Below are positions 50,233 to 60,645 of a stretch of 64,000 bases of DNA, piece after piece. The translations under genes were made by a program, and so were the position numbers. This stretch comes from an uncultured Chloroflexia bacterium. GTDB taxonomy: Bacteria; Chloroflexota; Limnocylindria; Limnocylindrales; CSP1-4. Numbering within the stretch: the stretch's first letter is position 1; every line of letters starts with the position of its first letter. Below the pieces are notes generated by a model. That model was not told the DNA's origin. It saw only the letters and a list, made by a program, of their open reading frames with translations, and made no database searches. Location: positions 141,272-205,271 of the forward strand of contig CAVYBU010000006.1 of NCBI GenBank assembly GCA_963766735.1, written 5' to 3'.

Positions 50233-52392
50233 ATGCTGATCGGCGGTATCGCGCTCGGGCTGGTGCTCGGTCTGCTCCTGGGCGGGCGCCTGGAGAACCT
50301 GGCCGGCATCCGGCTGCGCTTCCTGCCGCTGCTGTTCGCGGCGGTGATCCTGCGGTTTGCGACGGAGGCGCTGCTCGGGATGGGCGTCGAGGTCGTGGAC
50401 CTGCTGCGCGTGCCGCTGCTCGGAGGCGCGTACGGGCTCCTGCTCTTCACCCTCTGGCACAACCGCTCGTACCCGGGCCTGGCGCTGGCCTTCATCGGGA
50501 TCGCGTCCAACACCCTGGTGATCGTGTGGAACGGGGGCTGGATGCCGGTGTGGCAGCCCGCCTACGACGCGTCCGGGCTGGCGGGACCGCTCTACTCGCA
50601 GCTCCACTTCCCGATCAGTGGCACCGGCGCCGAGTTCCTGGTCCACCTGGGCCCGCTGGCGGACGTCGTCCCGTTCCCCATCCCACCGCTGCAGAACGTC
50701 GCCTCGGTCGGTGACCTGTTCCTGACGGCCGGCCTGGCCATCTTCCTGTTCGCCACCCTGATGAGAACGCCGGCCGACACGCAGACGGCGATCGACGAGG
50801 CAAAGACGGGTCGCTACCTGGGCCTGTCGGGCACGGCCCGCCTGCCGAGGCGTGGCGAGGCGGCGGGGGACGCGACGAGCCTGGGCGTCCGCCCGGGAAC
50901 AGGCCTGACGCCCGGCCTGCAGGAGGCCGCGGCCCTCGAACGCCCGCTGATCATGGGCGCCAGCGGCATGGGCATGTCATCGCCGTCCCAGACGTCGCTC
51001 GCGTCGGAGGGAGCCACCGCCGGAACCGGAGTCGCGGCCGCCACCGCCACCGCCTTCCCCGGCGGCATTGCGATCCCCCGCCCGCGTCCTCGCCGGCGCG
51101 CGCTCGCCCCGCGCGTCCGCCGCCACCCGTACGTGCGCCTGGCGCTCAACGGCTCGTTCTCGGCGCTATGGGTGGGCCAGGTGATCAGCCTGTTCGGGGA
51201 TCGCGTCAACCAGATCGCCCTGGGCGCCTTCGTCTACGAGCTGACCGACTCCCCGTTCGCCGTGGCGCTGACCTTCTTCATGGGGACGATCCCCAACCTG
51301 GTCTTCTCGCCGATCGCCGGGGCCTACGTGGACCGCTGGGACAAGAAGCAGGTGCTGGTGGTCTCGGACATCCTCCGGGCGGCGCTGACCCTGCTCGTGC
51401 CGGTGGCCGTCCTGATCAACGTCTGGCTGGCGTACCCGCTGGTCTTCCTGATCACGACGGTCTCGATCTTCTTCCGACCGGCGCGGGTTGCGATCCTGCC
51501 GCGCCTGGTCCCCAAGCGGGACCTGCTCTCCGCCAACTCCGCGATGTGGGTGGGAGAGACGCTGGCCGACGTCATCAACTACCCGATCGCCGGCCTGTTC
51601 GTGGTCTTCCTGGCTGGATCGCTGCCGATCGCGTTCTGGTTCGATGCCGCCACCTACCTGGTCTCGGCCGCCCTGCTGGCCTCGATCGCGATGCCGCCGC
51701 TGGCCCGGCGAATCCGCGGCACGGACGCCGCCGATGGTCCGGAGGGAGCGAACGAGGGCGAGGGCGGGACAGACTCCCAGACCTCGATCCTCACCGACAT
51801 GAAGGTGGGATGGGCATTCCTCCGCCACGAGACCGTCCTGCTGGCGAACACGATCCAGGGGACGGCCGGCCAGTTCGCGGTCGGCATCGTCACGGTGTCC
51901 GCCATCATCCTGGCGAGGCAGATCACGGGTTCGGATGGCAACGAGTACCGCGCGACCTACGCGTTCATGGAGACGGCCATCGGCCTCGGCAACCTGATGG
52001 GCGGCTTCGCCCTGGGCATGGTGGCCACGCGCGTCCGCAAGGGGCGGCTGGTGATCGCCGCCTACACGGTCTTCGGCGTCCTGATCTTCCTGGTCGGCCT
52101 GACCGATTCGATCCCGCTGATCCTGGGGCTGCTGTTCGGGGTCGGCGTGGCGAACATGGCGTTCGTCATCCCCAGCCAGACGATGTTCCAGGAGCGCACG
52201 CCGCCGGAGCTGATGGGGCGCGTGGTCAGCCTCCGGTTTGCCCTCGTGTTCGGCGGTATGTCCGTGGCCATGGCCGTGGGCGGCCTCCTGGTGGGGATCT
52301 TCGGGCCGAGCCCGGTGATCGCGGCGGCCGGACTGCTGTCGATCGTCGCCGGTCTCGCGGGGCTCGGCGTCAAGGCGCTGCGGGAGGCGTGA
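50233..52392 (+). CDS. DUF5317-like membrane domain fused to an MFS transporter
   Basis: N-terminal GGRLENL, SN..VI..NGGWMPV, LAD, SVGD; C-terminal LWVGQVISLFGD, GAYVDRWDKK, QERTPPELMGRV. Confidence 0.85.
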   Translation: MLIGGIALGLVLGLLLGGRLENLAGIRLRFLPLLFAAVILRFATEALLGMGVEVVDLLRVPLLGGAYGLLLFTLWHNRSYPGLALAFIGIASNTLVIVWNGGWMPVWQPAYDASGLAGPLYSQLHFPISGTGAEFLVHLGPLADVVPFPIPPLQNVASVGDLFLTAGLAIFLFATLMRTPADTQTAIDEAKTGRYLGLSGTARLPRRGEAAGDATSLGVRPGTGLTPGLQEAAALERPLIMGASGMGMSSPSQTSLASEGATAGTGVAAATATAFPGGIAIPRPRPRRRALAPRVRRHPYVRLALNGSFSALWVGQVISLFGDRVNQIALGAFVYELTDSPFAVALTFFMGTIPNLVFSPIAGAYVDRWDKKQVLVVSDILRAALTLLVPVAVLINVWLAYPLVFLITTVSIFFRPARVAILPRLVPKRDLLSANSAMWVGETLADVINYPIAGLFVVFLAGSLPIAFWFDAATYLVSAALLASIAMPPLARRIRGTDAADGPEGANEGEGGTDSQTSILTDMKVGWAFLRHETVLLANTIQGTAGQFAVGIVTVSAIILARQITGSDGNEYRATYAFMETAIGLGNLMGGFALGMVATRVRKGRLVIAAYTVFGVLIFLVGLTDSIPLILGLLFGVGVANMAFVIPSQTMFQERTPPELMGRVVSLRFALVFGGMSVAMAVGGLLVGIFGPSPVIAAAGLLSIVAGLAGLGVKALREA

Positions 52393-52491
52393 CACGACGA
52401 ACCGGCCCGAAGCGGGCGGGGCTAGGTACACTGGCGGCCGCGTGAGGCGACGCCCGGAGGCGATGCCCGCGGAGAGGAGATCGATCACCGG

Positions 52492-53131
52492 ATGACCGAC
52501 AACGAGCGCGACCCGGAGGCAGTTGGCCCCGAGGGCGTGGCGGACGAGACCGAGGCCGCGGACGACGCCGCCTCAGATACCGACGAGACGACTGCCGAGG
52601 AGGCGGCGGCGGAGGAGGCGACGCGAGAGGACGCGGACGCGAGCACGGGCGAGGGTGTCGACGAGGGCAAGGACGTCGACGAGTGGGCCGCTGCCGTATC
52701 CACCGGCCCTGCCGCGCCCGCCGCAGTTGCCGCCGGCACGACGGGGAAGCCTGCCCGCGGCCGGAAGGCCAAGGCGGCTGCACCGGCCGCTGCGCCGACC
52801 ATCTCGGAGCAGGCCGTCCACATCGGCGACCGCGCGTCCGCCTGGTTCGTGATCGTGACGATCGGCGTGTTCGTGGCGATCTTTGCCAGCGCGCTGCTGT
52901 TCGGCAAGGGCGGCTTCGTGACTGACCTGCTGGCGACCCCGACGCCGGTCGTCACACCGGCCCCCGTTGTCACGCCGACGGCGCCCGACGGCGGCGCCAT
53001 CGGTCGCGCCGAGCGCGGAACCCACCGCAGCTCCGACGCCGGCGCCGAGCCCCAGCGATTCGGCTGCCCCGTCTGCCAGCCCCGAACCGTCCCCCAGCGA
53101 CGCCGCCTCGCCGAGTCCTTCGGCGAGCTAG
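52492..53131 (+). CDS. acidic single-TM protein with P/S/T-rich tail (frameshift near 52985)
   Basis: AGGAG RBS; D/E-rich N-terminus, TM, then a PT/PS tail continuing in a shifted frame to TAG 53131. Confidence 0.6.
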
Positions 53132-53141
53132 CCCTCCGGCG

Positions 53142-53801
53142 ATGGACGAGCCCCGGGCACGCACGAGCGAGGCCCGGGCGCGGATGGTCGCGGACCAGCT
53201 CCTCGGCCGCGACATCCGGGACGAGCGAGTCCTCAAGGCCATGGACACGGTCCCGCGGGAGGCGTTCGTGCCGGCGAAGGAACGCGACCACGCCTACCTC
53301 GATGGCCCGCTGGCGATCGGCGCCGGCCAGACGATCAGCCAGCCGTACATGGTGGCCCGCATGGCGGAGCTGCTCCACGCGGCGCGCGGCGACCGTGTCC
53401 TCGAGGTCGGCACCGGCTCCGGGTACGCCGCGGCGGTGCTGGCGGAGATGGGCTGCCAAGTGACGACGATCGAACGGGAGCGGGGGCTGGCGGCGGAGGC
53501 GCGCGCCCGCCTGGCGGACCTGGGCTACGCGGACCGCGTGGACGTGCGCACGGGCGACGGGAGCCTGGGCCTGCCCGAGGAGGCGCCGTGGGACGGCATC
53601 GTGGTGGCGGCGGCCGCGCCGGAGATCCCGGACGCCCTGCGCGAGCAGCTGGGTGACGGTCGGCGGCTGGTGATCCCGGTCGGATCGCGCCGGCAGCAGC
53701 AGCTCATGGTGGTGGAGCGGCACGGCGCCGAGTGGCAGGAGCAGTCGGACGGGGCCTGCGTCTTCGTGCCGCTGATCGGCGGCGGGGGGTGGTCCGGCTG
53801 A
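53142..53801 (+). CDS. pcm: protein-L-isoaspartate O-methyltransferase
   Basis: VPREAFV, GQTISQPYMV, LEVGTGSGY, GDGSLG, LVIPVG, FVPLIG. Confidence 0.95.
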   Translation: MDEPRARTSEARARMVADQLLGRDIRDERVLKAMDTVPREAFVPAKERDHAYLDGPLAIGAGQTISQPYMVARMAELLHAARGDRVLEVGTGSGYAAAVLAEMGCQVTTIERERGLAAEARARLADLGYADRVDVRTGDGSLGLPEEAPWDGIVVAAAAPEIPDALREQLGDGRRLVIPVGSRRQQQLMVVERHGAEWQEQSDGACVFVPLIGGGGWSG

Positions 53802-53859
53802 TCGACGGGGCCGGCTTGGCCGGTGACGGCGGGCCCGTGCGGCCGGCGAAGGACCGCCT

Positions 53860-55131
53860 TCAGGCGCCCAGCAGCGCGGCAGGGACCACGGCGATCCCGT
53901 CCCGCCGACGATAGGCCTCGCGCCCGGTCGTCACGATGACGGCCTCGACGCGATCGTGACCGAGCCGGTCCTGCAGCCAGACCAGGTGGCGGACATCCGC
54001 ATCATCGATGACGGCTGCCAACTTGATCTCGATCGCCAGGACGCGCCGGTCGGCGCCCTCGACGATCAGGTCGATCTCGTGTTCGCCGCCATGTTCGCGG
54101 TAGTGGAAGACGTCTGCCTCGGCGGCCTGGGCGTAGACGCGGACATCCAGGGTCACGAGGCTCTCGAACAGGGCTCCCAGCAGGGTTCCGTGGCGGCCGT
54201 TGAGCGAACCGGGCGCGTCTCCCCGCAACAGCGCATCGATCGTGACGCGCCGGAGACGCGCGGCAAGCGCAGGATCGGCCAGCTGGTGCTTGGGCGCCAG
54301 ACCAAGACGGGCGAGGTCCGTGCCCGTCGGCCGCCACCCCGGAACCGGTTCGACGAGCCACAGGCTCTCGAGGATGTCGGCGTACCGCGCGGCGGTCGGC
54401 CGTGTCGGCCCGTCAGGCCTGCCACCACCCGCCGCCTCCCGGATCTTCGCCAGCGAGGTTGTCGTGGAGATCGCGGCCGCGTAGGCCTCCATCCAGCGCC
54501 GCAGCGCGGGAGCGTTCCTCACCGGCAGCTCGGCATCGGCAAGATCGCGGTCGATCACGCGCGACAGGTATCCGTCGAGCTCAGCGCGTGCGGACCTGTC
54601 AGGCAGGCCGAGAAGGCCGGGCAGGCCGGAGGCAAGCATCTGGCGGGCGTACTCATCCAGGCCGACACCGGTGGCGCCGGCAACGCGCTCCGCATTCCCC
54701 CGCAGCAGCGCAGCCAGGCTGACCGATGGCGATGCGATGCCACGCTCCATGAGCGTCATCGGGCGCATGCGGAGCGAGACGATTCGACCTGCTCCGGTGT
54801 GCGTGGGTGGGTTCGCGGGGGAGGCGGATCCGGTGAGCAGGAACTGGCCCGGAGATCGGTCTGCGTCGACGGCGCGCCGGACCAGGTCCCAGGACGACGG
54901 CATGCGCTGCCACTCGTCGATGAGGACGGGGCGCGGGGATTGCACGAGGCGCTCCGGATCCCCCTCGATGATCGCCCTGGTCCCGGGGTCGTCCAGCCGG
55001 AACACAGTCCGAGCCCTGGCGCTCGCCGTCTCGGTCTTGCCAACGGCGCGAGGACCCACGATCTCCAGGGCGGCGACACCCGTCATGAGCTCGTCGAGCT
55101 GATCGTCCAGGACCCGGCGCCGATACTGCAT
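53860..55131 (-). CDS. AAA ATPase with C-terminal DUF4143/PD-(D/E)XK-like domain
   Basis: GPRAVGKT, IDEWQ, LLTGS, D.AL, LFES, EIDLIVE...AIEIK. Confidence 0.9.
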   Translation of the reverse strand: MQYRRRVLDDQLDELMTGVAALEIVGPRAVGKTETASARARTVFRLDDPGTRAIIEGDPERLVQSPRPVLIDEWQRMPSSWDLVRRAVDADRSPGQFLLTGSASPANPPTHTGAGRIVSLRMRPMTLMERGIASPSVSLAALLRGNAERVAGATGVGLDEYARQMLASGLPGLLGLPDRSARAELDGYLSRVIDRDLADAELPVRNAPALRRWMEAYAAAISTTTSLAKIREAAGGGRPDGPTRPTAARYADILESLWLVEPVPGWRPTGTDLARLGLAPKHQLADPALAARLRRVTIDALLRGDAPGSLNGRHGTLLGALFESLVTLDVRVYAQAAEADVFHYREHGGEHEIDLIVEGADRRVLAIEIKLAAVIDDADVRHLVWLQDRLGHDRVEAVIVTTGREAYRRRDGIAVVPAALLGA

Positions 55132-55139
55132 CAGGCGTC

Positions 55140-55197
55140 TACATTACCATTCATCACTCATGTACATTACCATTCATCACAGTCCTACTTTACATTC
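55140..55197. repeat. AT-rich direct repeats with 23-bp period
   Basis: TACATTACCATTCATCAC at 55140-55157 and 55163-55180; degenerate third copy from 55186. Confidence 0.85.
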
Positions 55198-55269
55198 TCG
55201 CGGAAGTGACGCGGAGCCGGTGAACGGACCTTTCGGGAGCCGATCGCGCCCGGATATACTCGGCCGGCC

Positions 55270-56346
55270 ATGACCCATGTGTTCGTTGCCCCCCACCCGG
55301 ACGACGTTGCGCTCTCGTGCGGCGGCCTCATCGCCAGCCTGCGCGAGCTCGGCCAGAACGTCACGATCCTGACGCTCTACTCCGGCTCCGGAAGCGCTGA
55401 CCGGCTCACGCCGTACCAGCGCGAGGCACTGGGCTTCGGGTCCAAGGCAGCCTGGCCGGTCAGCGAGGCGTTCAACCGCGCCCACCTGCAGGCCGACTTC
55501 CCCGAGGACGCCGCAGCGGCCCCCTGGCAGGCGACGAAGGAGGGCCTGGACGCCACGCAGGCCGAGGCGGACGCCGCCGCCAAGCGGTTCTGGCAGCGGT
55601 CCTCCTGGTACCGCCGGGCGAGGATCCACAACGAGTCCCTGGCGGGCCAGCCGGTCATCGACGACCTGGCCACGCAGGGCGCCGTCATGACCTCCGAGCG
55701 GACCGATGCGGCTGCCGCGGGCGACACCATGGCCGAGCGGCGCCTGGAGGACGAGCAGTACGCCGCCTTCGCGGAGGTCTCCGTCGTCTGGCTGGACCTC
55801 CCCGACGCGGTCTTCCGCGGCTACGAGGGCGACGACCAGCTCCTGGGCACGCCGCGCGCGGACGATCCGGCGCCCGTGGACCTGCTCCGCCGCGAGATCG
55901 CGCGCCTGGAGCCGTCCCGCATCTACCTGCCGCTGGGCATCGGCGGCCACGTTGACCACCAGCTGGCCCGCGACGCCGGGATCGCGCTCATGCACGACGC
56001 CCAGGCCTGGGTGATGCCCGGCCCGGACAACGCGGACATGACCGTCTTCTACGAGGACTTCCCCTACGCGTGGTGGGAGGACTTCGGCCGCCTGGAAGAC
56101 CTGCCTCCGGACGCGCTGGCCGGGCTGCCGGAGGGCGTTTCGCTGACCGCGGACTTCGGGGACGTGGGCGACGTGCTGGAGCGCAAGATCCAGGGGATCC
56201 TGCTCTACGCGAGCCAGATCGAGCGGCTGTTCGACGACACGGCCGCGGCGGCGGCCGCCGTGCGTGCGTACGCGGCGCGGGTGGCGGACATCGGCTCCGT
56301 CGCGAGCGGCGCCGCCGAGCGGTACTGGGTCACGACGCCGGCCTGA
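55270..56346 (+). CDS. PIG-L/LmbE family deacetylase
   Basis: APHPDDVALSCGG, R.LED, PLGIGGHVDH, YEDFPY, YASQ. Confidence 0.9.
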   Translation: MTHVFVAPHPDDVALSCGGLIASLRELGQNVTILTLYSGSGSADRLTPYQREALGFGSKAAWPVSEAFNRAHLQADFPEDAAAAPWQATKEGLDATQAEADAAAKRFWQRSSWYRRARIHNESLAGQPVIDDLATQGAVMTSERTDAAAAGDTMAERRLEDEQYAAFAEVSVVWLDLPDAVFRGYEGDDQLLGTPRADDPAPVDLLRREIARLEPSRIYLPLGIGGHVDHQLARDAGIALMHDAQAWVMPGPDNADMTVFYEDFPYAWWEDFGRLEDLPPDALAGLPEGVSLTADFGDVGDVLERKIQGILLYASQIERLFDDTAAAAAAVRAYAARVADIGSVASGAAERYWVTTPA

Positions 56347-56351
56347 CGGTC

Positions 56352-57641
56352 TTGATCGACCGAGCCCCGATCCCCGCCGGCCCGATGGTGGTCGGCAGCC
56401 GGCGCTCCTGGACCATCGGCCTCGCGGTGGGGCTGGCGGTGCTGTTCGCAGCCGGCATCGCCATCCGGCTCTGGATGTGGCCCGAGCCCGGCCTGGTGGG
56501 CGACCTGGACCAGTTCGTGCTCTGGGTGCACGGCATCGCCGTGGACGGCTGGACCCGGGCCTACGACCAGGACCTCTCGTTCCCCGCGGTCATGGCCTGG
56601 GTCTGGGGCGTGCTGGCGGCGGTGGAGCCGGCCTTCCGGACCGTGATGGACTCGTCCGATCCCGCCATCCGGGCGCTGATGAAGGTCCCGGCGAGCGTGG
56701 CGGACCTGGCGATCGCGGGCGCGGTCTGGTGGTGGTACCGGGATCAACCGCGACTGGCCCTGCTGGCGGTGGGGGCCGTGCTGCTGTGGCCGGTGACCTG
56801 GTACGTGTCCGCGTGGTGGGGCCAGTACGAGTCGATCTACGTGCTGCCGGCACTGCTGGCCGTCCTGGCCGCACGCGCGGGACGACCGGGCCTCGTGGCG
56901 GCGCTGCTCGCCGTCAGCCTGATGACCAAGCCCCAGGCGCTGCCGTTCATCGTGCCGTTCGCGGCCTGGTTCCTGGCGACGCAGGGGTGGCGCGGGACGA
57001 TCCGGGCGGCGGTCATCGGGGGCGTCGTGGCGCTCGTCGCCTGGCTGCCGTTCATCGCGGCCGGCGGGCCACTGAACTACCTGGGCAACCTGGACGCGTA
57101 CCAGAACCAGATCTTCAGCGTCCTGTCGCTGCGGGCCTGGAACCCGTGGTGGCTGCTGCAGGAGTTCGGGGCGGGCGGTTCGTTCGTGTCCGACCAGACG
57201 GCGGTGCTGGGTCCGATCACCTTCCGCCACCTCGGCTTCGTGCTCGCCGGGCTGCTGGCCGTCGCCGTGTTCATGGGGGTCTACCGGCGGCCGACCGCGG
57301 AGCACCTCGCCCTCGGCCTGGCGGCGATCACGCTGGCCGCCTTCATTGCGCTCACGACGATGCACGAGCGGTACGCCTACCCGGCGTTCGTGTTCCTGCT
57401 GCTCGCGCTGCCGCGCCCGGCGATCGCGGTGACCTTCGTGGCGTTCGCGGTCGTGTTCGCGCTCAACCTGGTGATCGCGGTACCGCCGGAAGGCTGGGTG
57501 ATCCCGCAGGCGAGGCTGATCGGGATCCTGGGGGCGGTGGCGATGACGGTGATCGCGTTCGTGACGATCGCCGCGGTGGCGCTGGCGAGGCCGGATCCGG
57601 AGGAGCGGACCGGGTCCTCGGGGCTTCCGTACCTTGTCTGA
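56352..57641 (+). CDS. GT-C family membrane glycosyltransferase
   Basis: D...F..W, MKVP...AD, SAWWGQYES, KPQ, MHERYAYP; start uncertain. Confidence 0.8.
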   Translation: MIDRAPIPAGPMVVGSRRSWTIGLAVGLAVLFAAGIAIRLWMWPEPGLVGDLDQFVLWVHGIAVDGWTRAYDQDLSFPAVMAWVWGVLAAVEPAFRTVMDSSDPAIRALMKVPASVADLAIAGAVWWWYRDQPRLALLAVGAVLLWPVTWYVSAWWGQYESIYVLPALLAVLAARAGRPGLVAALLAVSLMTKPQALPFIVPFAAWFLATQGWRGTIRAAVIGGVVALVAWLPFIAAGGPLNYLGNLDAYQNQIFSVLSLRAWNPWWLLQEFGAGGSFVSDQTAVLGPITFRHLGFVLAGLLAVAVFMGVYRRPTAEHLALGLAAITLAAFIALTTMHERYAYPAFVFLLLALPRPAIAVTFVAFAVVFALNLVIAVPPEGWVIPQARLIGILGAVAMTVIAFVTIAAVALARPDPEERTGSSGLPYLV

Positions 57642-59037
57642 CGGCGTGGACGCCGACGCGACGCCCGATCACGTGGCATGGGCGGGCGCTCCCGCTGGGG
57701 CCGCGTGCGTTCGTCGTGGTGGCAATCGTGGGGTGGTTCGTCCTGCTGGCGCTTGGGGCCGGGATGACCTTCTTCAGCGACGAGTGGGCGTTCATCGCGT
57801 CGCGTTCGCTCGCCGACCCGATCGACTGGCTCCGGCCGCACAACGAGCACTGGTCCACGCTCCCGATCATCCTCTACCGGCTCATGGTGGAGACGATCGG
57901 GATCGGGTCCTACCTGCCCTACCTCGCCGTGGTGGCCACGCTCCATGCAGGCGTGGCGTGTCTCGTCTACCGCCTGCTCGAGCGCCGTTCCGGCCGCGGG
58001 CCGGCCTTCCTCGGCGGGCTGCTGGTCCTGTTCTTCGGGGCCGGGTTCGAGAACATCTTCTGGGGCTTCCAGACCGGGTTCACGGCCTCGATGCTCGACG
58101 GGCCTGGCGGCGATGGACCTGACGGACGGAGCGCCGACGAGGCGGCGCGCGGCGGCGGTCGCGGCGCTGCTGCTCGTATCGCTGGCGTCGTCGGGGACCG
58201 GGCTCATCGTCAGCGTGGCCGTCGGGGTCGAGTGGCTGGCCGACGGCCGCTGGCGCCGGTACGTGCCGTGGCTGGCGATCCCCGCGGGCGCCTACGTGGC
58301 CTGGTACGTCACCTTCGGCCGGTCCGGGATCACGACGATGCGGAACCCGTTCACCCTGGATGCGCTGAGCGATGTGCCGTCGTTCGTGATCGGCGGGCTG
58401 GGCAACGCCGGTGCGGCCATCACCGGGGTCGGGACGACGGCCGGCGTGGTCGTGGCGGCGCTCGTGATCGCCTGGGCGGTCCAGCGGGCGGCGCGGCGGA
58501 CGCTGCCGCCACGGACGCTCGGGGCGCTGGTCGCGATCGTCACCCAGTACGCGCTGATCGGCCTGGTCCGCGGCAACGTGTTCGACGGGCAGGTCAACTA
58601 CACGCGGTACGCCTACGTCTCCGGGATCCTGCTGCTGCTCGCCGTGGGGGCGCTCGCCGGGCGTCCGTCGCTGCCGGCATCCCGCCGCCTGCGCCCGTTC
58701 GCCGTCGCCGGGGTGGTCTCGGTTGTCGGGCTCGCCTTCGCGTACAACGCTGCGCTGCTGATCGGCGGTCGCGAGCTGTTCCTGGGGCGGGCGGACATGA
58801 CGCGCGCGCTGGTCACGGCCGGGATGCGGCGGCCGCTGCCGGAGACCACGGACCCCGCGCGGACGCTGGTCCTGGTGCCGTCACCGGTCGAGCTGGAGCG
58901 CATCACGAATGCCTATGGCGACGCGCGAACCGACGCGCTGGTCCCGTTTGCCGTGCGGCCGATCCCGCCGGACGATCATGGCGGAGGCGGAGCGGCGCGT
59001 CAGGGAGGGGGTGGAGCTGCCTCGGCCCCGCGACTGA
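57634..59037 (+). CDS. GT-C-like polytopic membrane protein (frameshifts near 58100 and 58975)
   Basis: FFSDEW, PHNEHWS, ENIFWGFQ, then TRYAY in the next frame; ends approximate. Confidence 0.65.
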
Positions 59038-59875
59038 TGGACGCGGGCAGGATCCCCGAGGCAAGGACGGCCAGGACAATCACCACGATCGGCGCCATCA
59101 GGACCGCGGGCACCGCGAGCGCAGCGGCCACCAGCCGCCGCTGCCGGATGGCCGGGAGCGCCATCGCCACGTAGTAGAACTGGGTGGCCGGGAACAGCGC
59201 GGGGACCGCCCACCACGCGGCGCCATCGCGGCGCAGGACCCACAGCGCCAACACCACCACCGGGATCAGCACGGGGAACCGCCAGGCACTTCCGTTCCAC
59301 GCCGTCTGGAGGTGGGACCCGACGCCCAGCCCCTGGTCCAGGTACAGCTGCCACGGCAGCACCAGCAGCGTCACGGCGAGCACGACGCCGGCGACCGCGG
59401 CGTCGCGCCAGCGCCCGATGAGCGGGATCCCCGCGTACAACTTGATGAGCACCGCAATGGACGCCGCAACCGGGCCGCCCGCGACCAGCAGCGCCAGCGC
59501 GATGGTCTGCGGGTTCCCGTTCCACATCGAGTGGAAGAGCGGCGGAAACAGCAGCCACCACAGGGGCAGCCCGAGGCGCCGCACCAGCCAGACGGAGGCG
59601 CCGACCCCCGCCGCGATCCACAACCAGGTGGAGACCGTCAGGGGCAACAGGCTCGTGGGCGCGTAGAAGAGGAGCGTGTGCGGACCGGCCGCGTACGGGA
59701 TCCCAGCCTCGGTCACCGCCCACGGGTCGCCGCCGTCGAGCCACGCCGTCGCCGCGCGCTGGTAGTGCCGTGCATCGATCCCCAGCACCTCGGGCTTCGC
59801 GATCCAGAGCAGGTCGATGACGATGAACCAGGCCGGCAGCCCGACCTTCTCGAGCGCGGCGCGGAGACCAGTCGG
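59000..59875 (-). CDS. GT87-like membrane glycosyltransferase
   Basis: D..HY..A...WLDGGDPW, FPP, NGN, IKLY; reading frame open upstream of the ORF-track start, true start unclear. Confidence 0.65.
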   Translation of the reverse strand, partial: PTGLRAALEKVGLPAWFIVIDLLWIAKPEVLGIDARHYQRAATAWLDGGDPWAVTEAGIPYAAGPHTLLFYAPTSLLPLTVSTWLWIAAGVGASVWLVRRLGLPLWWLLFPPLFHSMWNGNPQTIALALLVAGGPVAASIAVLIKLYAGIPLIGRWRDAAVAGVVLAVTLLVLPWQLYLDQGLGVGSHLQTAWNGSAWRFPVLIPVVVLALWVLRRDGAAWWAVPALFPATQFYYVAMALPAIRQRRLVAAALAVPAVLMAPIVVIVLAVLASGILPASISRGAEAAPPPP

Positions 59876-60645
59876 TCAGGCGGGTGGCGGCGATCCGCGG
59901 GGCCGGGGCCTTCGCGCCGGAACCGCCCGCGCATCGCCACGCCGTACCAGCGCAGGTAGTGCGGGAGCCACTTGCGGAGCTTGAAGTTGCTCTGGCCCTC
60001 GGTCCGGTCCCGCCAGGTCGTGGGCACCTCGGCCACGCGGCGGCCGGCGAGGGTCGCCTTCACCGTGAGCTCCAGGGCCAGCTCGAAGCCGGCCTCGCTC
60101 TCGATGGTCGTGGCGTCCAGCAGGCGGCGCGAGTAGAGCTTGAAGTTGTTGGTGGGGTCGTGGGTGGCGATGCCGCCGAACCAGTGGAGCGTGAGGCCGG
60201 CGGTCCGGCTCATGAGCCGCTTGAGGGGCGGGCCGCCCAGCTGGCGGCCGCCACGCATGTAGCGGGAGGCGGACACCACGTCGGCGCCGTCCCGGGCGAG
60301 GGCGACCATCGGGTCCACGACGTGCGGCTCGTCGGAGCCGTCCGCCATCGAGATCAGCACGTATGTTCCGCGGGAGGCGGCGATCCCCGCCTTCATCGCG
60401 TTGAGCACGCCGCGCCCGAGGTCGTTGCGGAGGCCGCGGATGGCGGGCAGGTCCGCATGGAGGCGCTCGATGACCGGGACGGTGGGATCCTCGTCGAAGT
60501 CGTAGACGACCAGGATCTCGTGGGGCGTGGTGATCGCCGCCGTCAGCGCCCGCAGGACGGGGTCGACGGCCTCGCCCTCCTTGAAGACCGGGACGACGAT
60601 GGAGAGCTCGGGGCCGCGTCGACCGACCGCCGCCGCCTCGCTCAC
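59876..60645 (-). CDS. GT2 polyprenol-phosphate glycosyltransferase (DPM synthase-like)
   Basis: SIVVPVFKE, MADGSD, VSASRYMRGG, EVP.TWRDRTEGQS.F; 3' end uncertain (ORF track runs to 59713). Confidence 0.85.

Noticed and set aside
55140-55197. Mini-CRISPR
   Set aside because: Only 5 nt between repeats and two full copies
56264-59959. Very long alternative-frame ORFs (1231 aa here, 990 aa at 31858-34830)
   Set aside because: Arg/Gly/Pro-rich shadow ORFs typical of high-GC DNA that overlap well-supported genes; only a segment of the first is real coding
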